64,000 nt of DNA, from assembly GCA_052388435.1 (NCBI GenBank), contig JBQTIC010000047.1, positions 36,027-100,026 of the forward strand. The letters are read 5' to 3'. The stretch's first letter is position 1. Each line of letters opens with the position of its first letter. This document shows, in pieces, positions 62,757 through 64,000 of the stretch. The notes under the pieces were generated by a model. It was not told the origin of the DNA and did no database searches. It was given only the letters and a program-made list of their open reading frames with translations. Origin of the DNA: Chromatiales bacterium (lineage in GTDB: Bacteria > Pseudomonadota > Gammaproteobacteria > JAJPIJ01). The position numbers and the translations under genes are program-made.

Positions 62757-63488
62757 TTATTGGGTGGCTTCCAGGAAATCCGTGATCTCTGTTTGGCGAC
62801 TATCGCGGGCGATGTCGGCGGCGGTCTTCCCGCGATCGTCGCGCAGTGATGGATCGGCGCCGCGCTCCAAGAGAAGCTTGACGGTTTCCAGGTGGCCGTA
62901 CCCGGCAGCCCACATCAGCGCTGTCAGGTTGTGGTGGTAGGGCGCGTCAACATCTACCCCATGGTCAAGCATCAACCGGACACATTCAGTGCACCCGACC
63001 CCAGCGGCATATTCCATGGCCCTCTTGTTGACCTGGTCGACTGGTGCTACATCGGCACCATGCGCCAAGAGGTAGGAGACCACCTCAGGTTTGCATTCGT
63101 AGGCAGCTGCCATCAGCGGTGTGGTGCGGTCCAACGCGGCGAGGTTAGCATTGGCTCCGTTCTCCACGAGCAGCCGGACCATGGCCAAGTTACCGGCGGT
63201 GGCAAACATGAATAGCGGGGTTCGCCCGAGCCGGTTGCGTGAATCCGGATTCGCGCCTTGCGCAAGCAACTTTGTCACACGATCAACATCGCCTTGCCTA
63301 GCGAAATCAAGGAGTTGTGCATTAAGTGTCTTGTCGGAAGTCTGCGACGGGGCTGCGGACGCGAAGCCGAGCACAAGCGCAGCGAGGTGCAACGTCAGAA
63401 GAAGTCGTTTGCCAAGCACCTTAGGAGCCGCGGCTGGAAGACTTACCTTGAAACAACGGTTATCGACCCCGATCAATTTCGTAGACAA
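62757..63488 (-). CDS. exported ankyrin-repeat protein
   Basis: Signal peptide, GRTPL/TPLMAA/TALMWAA..LL..GA repeats; start uncertain. Confidence 0.9.
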   Translation of the reverse strand: MSTKLIGVDNRCFKVSLPAAAPKVLGKRLLLTLHLAALVLGFASAAPSQTSDKTLNAQLLDFARQGDVDRVTKLLAQGANPDSRNRLGRTPLFMFATAGNLAMVRLLVENGANANLAALDRTTPLMAAAYECKPEVVSYLLAHGADVAPVDQVNKRAMEYAAGVGCTECVRLMLDHGVDVDAPYHHNLTALMWAAGYGHLETVKLLLERGADPSLRDDRGKTAADIARDSRQTEITDFLEATQ

Positions 63489-63571
63489 TCGAACCCACGG
63501 GGACTACCTTTGCATTATAAGTAATTAGTTAGTGATGTTCCGCTACAACATCTAGTCTCAAAAGGGGGGGT

Positions 63572-64000
63572 ATGGACCTCAAGAAACTGAAGTTAGCGAT
63601 CCTGGTGGTGTTACTTTCAGGAACGACAGGCGCGGCGGTGGCCGGCGCAGAAACCGAGGCCGCTGCAACGACCGTTACGAAACCTGTTCCAAAAGACATC
63701 AACATCACGCAAGACATGCTGGACAAGTCGGACGGAGAGGGAACCAACTGGCTCCACTCCAATATGTCTTACAACAACAGCCGCTTCTATCCCGCCGATC
63801 AGATCAGCACCAAAAACGTCGCGGGTCTGAAGCCTGCCTTCGTGTTCCAGACGGCGGTAATGGAGTCTATGGAGACCTCGCCCATCGTGGTTGACGGCGT
63901 AATGTTCCTGACCACGTCGTACAATCACGTGTATGCCATCGATGCGACCACCGGTGAGGAGTACTGGCACTACAAGCACAAGATGGGCCCTATCACCACC
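63572..64000 (+). CDS. PQQ-dependent dehydrogenase, methanol/ethanol family (5' part, runs off window)
   Basis: Manual translation: signal peptide, [50 protein letters not shown]. Confidence 0.9.
   Translation, partial: MDLKKLKLAILVVLLSGTTGAAVAGAETEAAATTVTKPVPKDINITQDMLDKSDGEGTNWLHSNMSYNNSRFYPADQISTKNVAGLKPAFVFQTAVMESMETSPIVVDGVMFLTTSYNHVYAIDATTGEEYWHYKHKMGPITT

Overview
High-GC gammaproteobacterial chromosome segment with two distinct parts. Bases 1-43.1 kb are mostly core genes: xerD, an orphan GspE/PilB ATPase, dsbC, hldE-hldD-waaA, pcm-rhodanese-tolC, TPP riboswitch-thiC, dusA-mutH-glnD-map and the rpsB-tsf-pyrH-frr-uppS-cdsA-dxr-rseP-bamA-skp-lpxD-fabZ-lpxA-lpxB-rnhB-dnaE-accA-tilS cluster. 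Two related MITE-like insertions sit inside that cluster. Bases 43.2-64 kb are accessory. The best candidate for an undescribed system is a 4-5 gene inner-membrane module: a MotA/ExbB-like channel, a non-canonical single-TM partner, two paralogous membrane proteins and a membrane-anchored FHA protein. The accessory part also holds ada with twin Ada boxes and a 24-aa orphan pqqA missed by the ORF track, which has a sigma54 promoter and terminator, faces a HK/NtrC pair and precedes a PQQ-ADH-type ABC pair. Further on are rtcB-archease, ndh, a frameshifted PepSY (lanpepsy-like) remnant, an ankyrin protein and the truncated start of a PQQ dehydrogenase. All calls come from reading motifs by eye; no database search was run.
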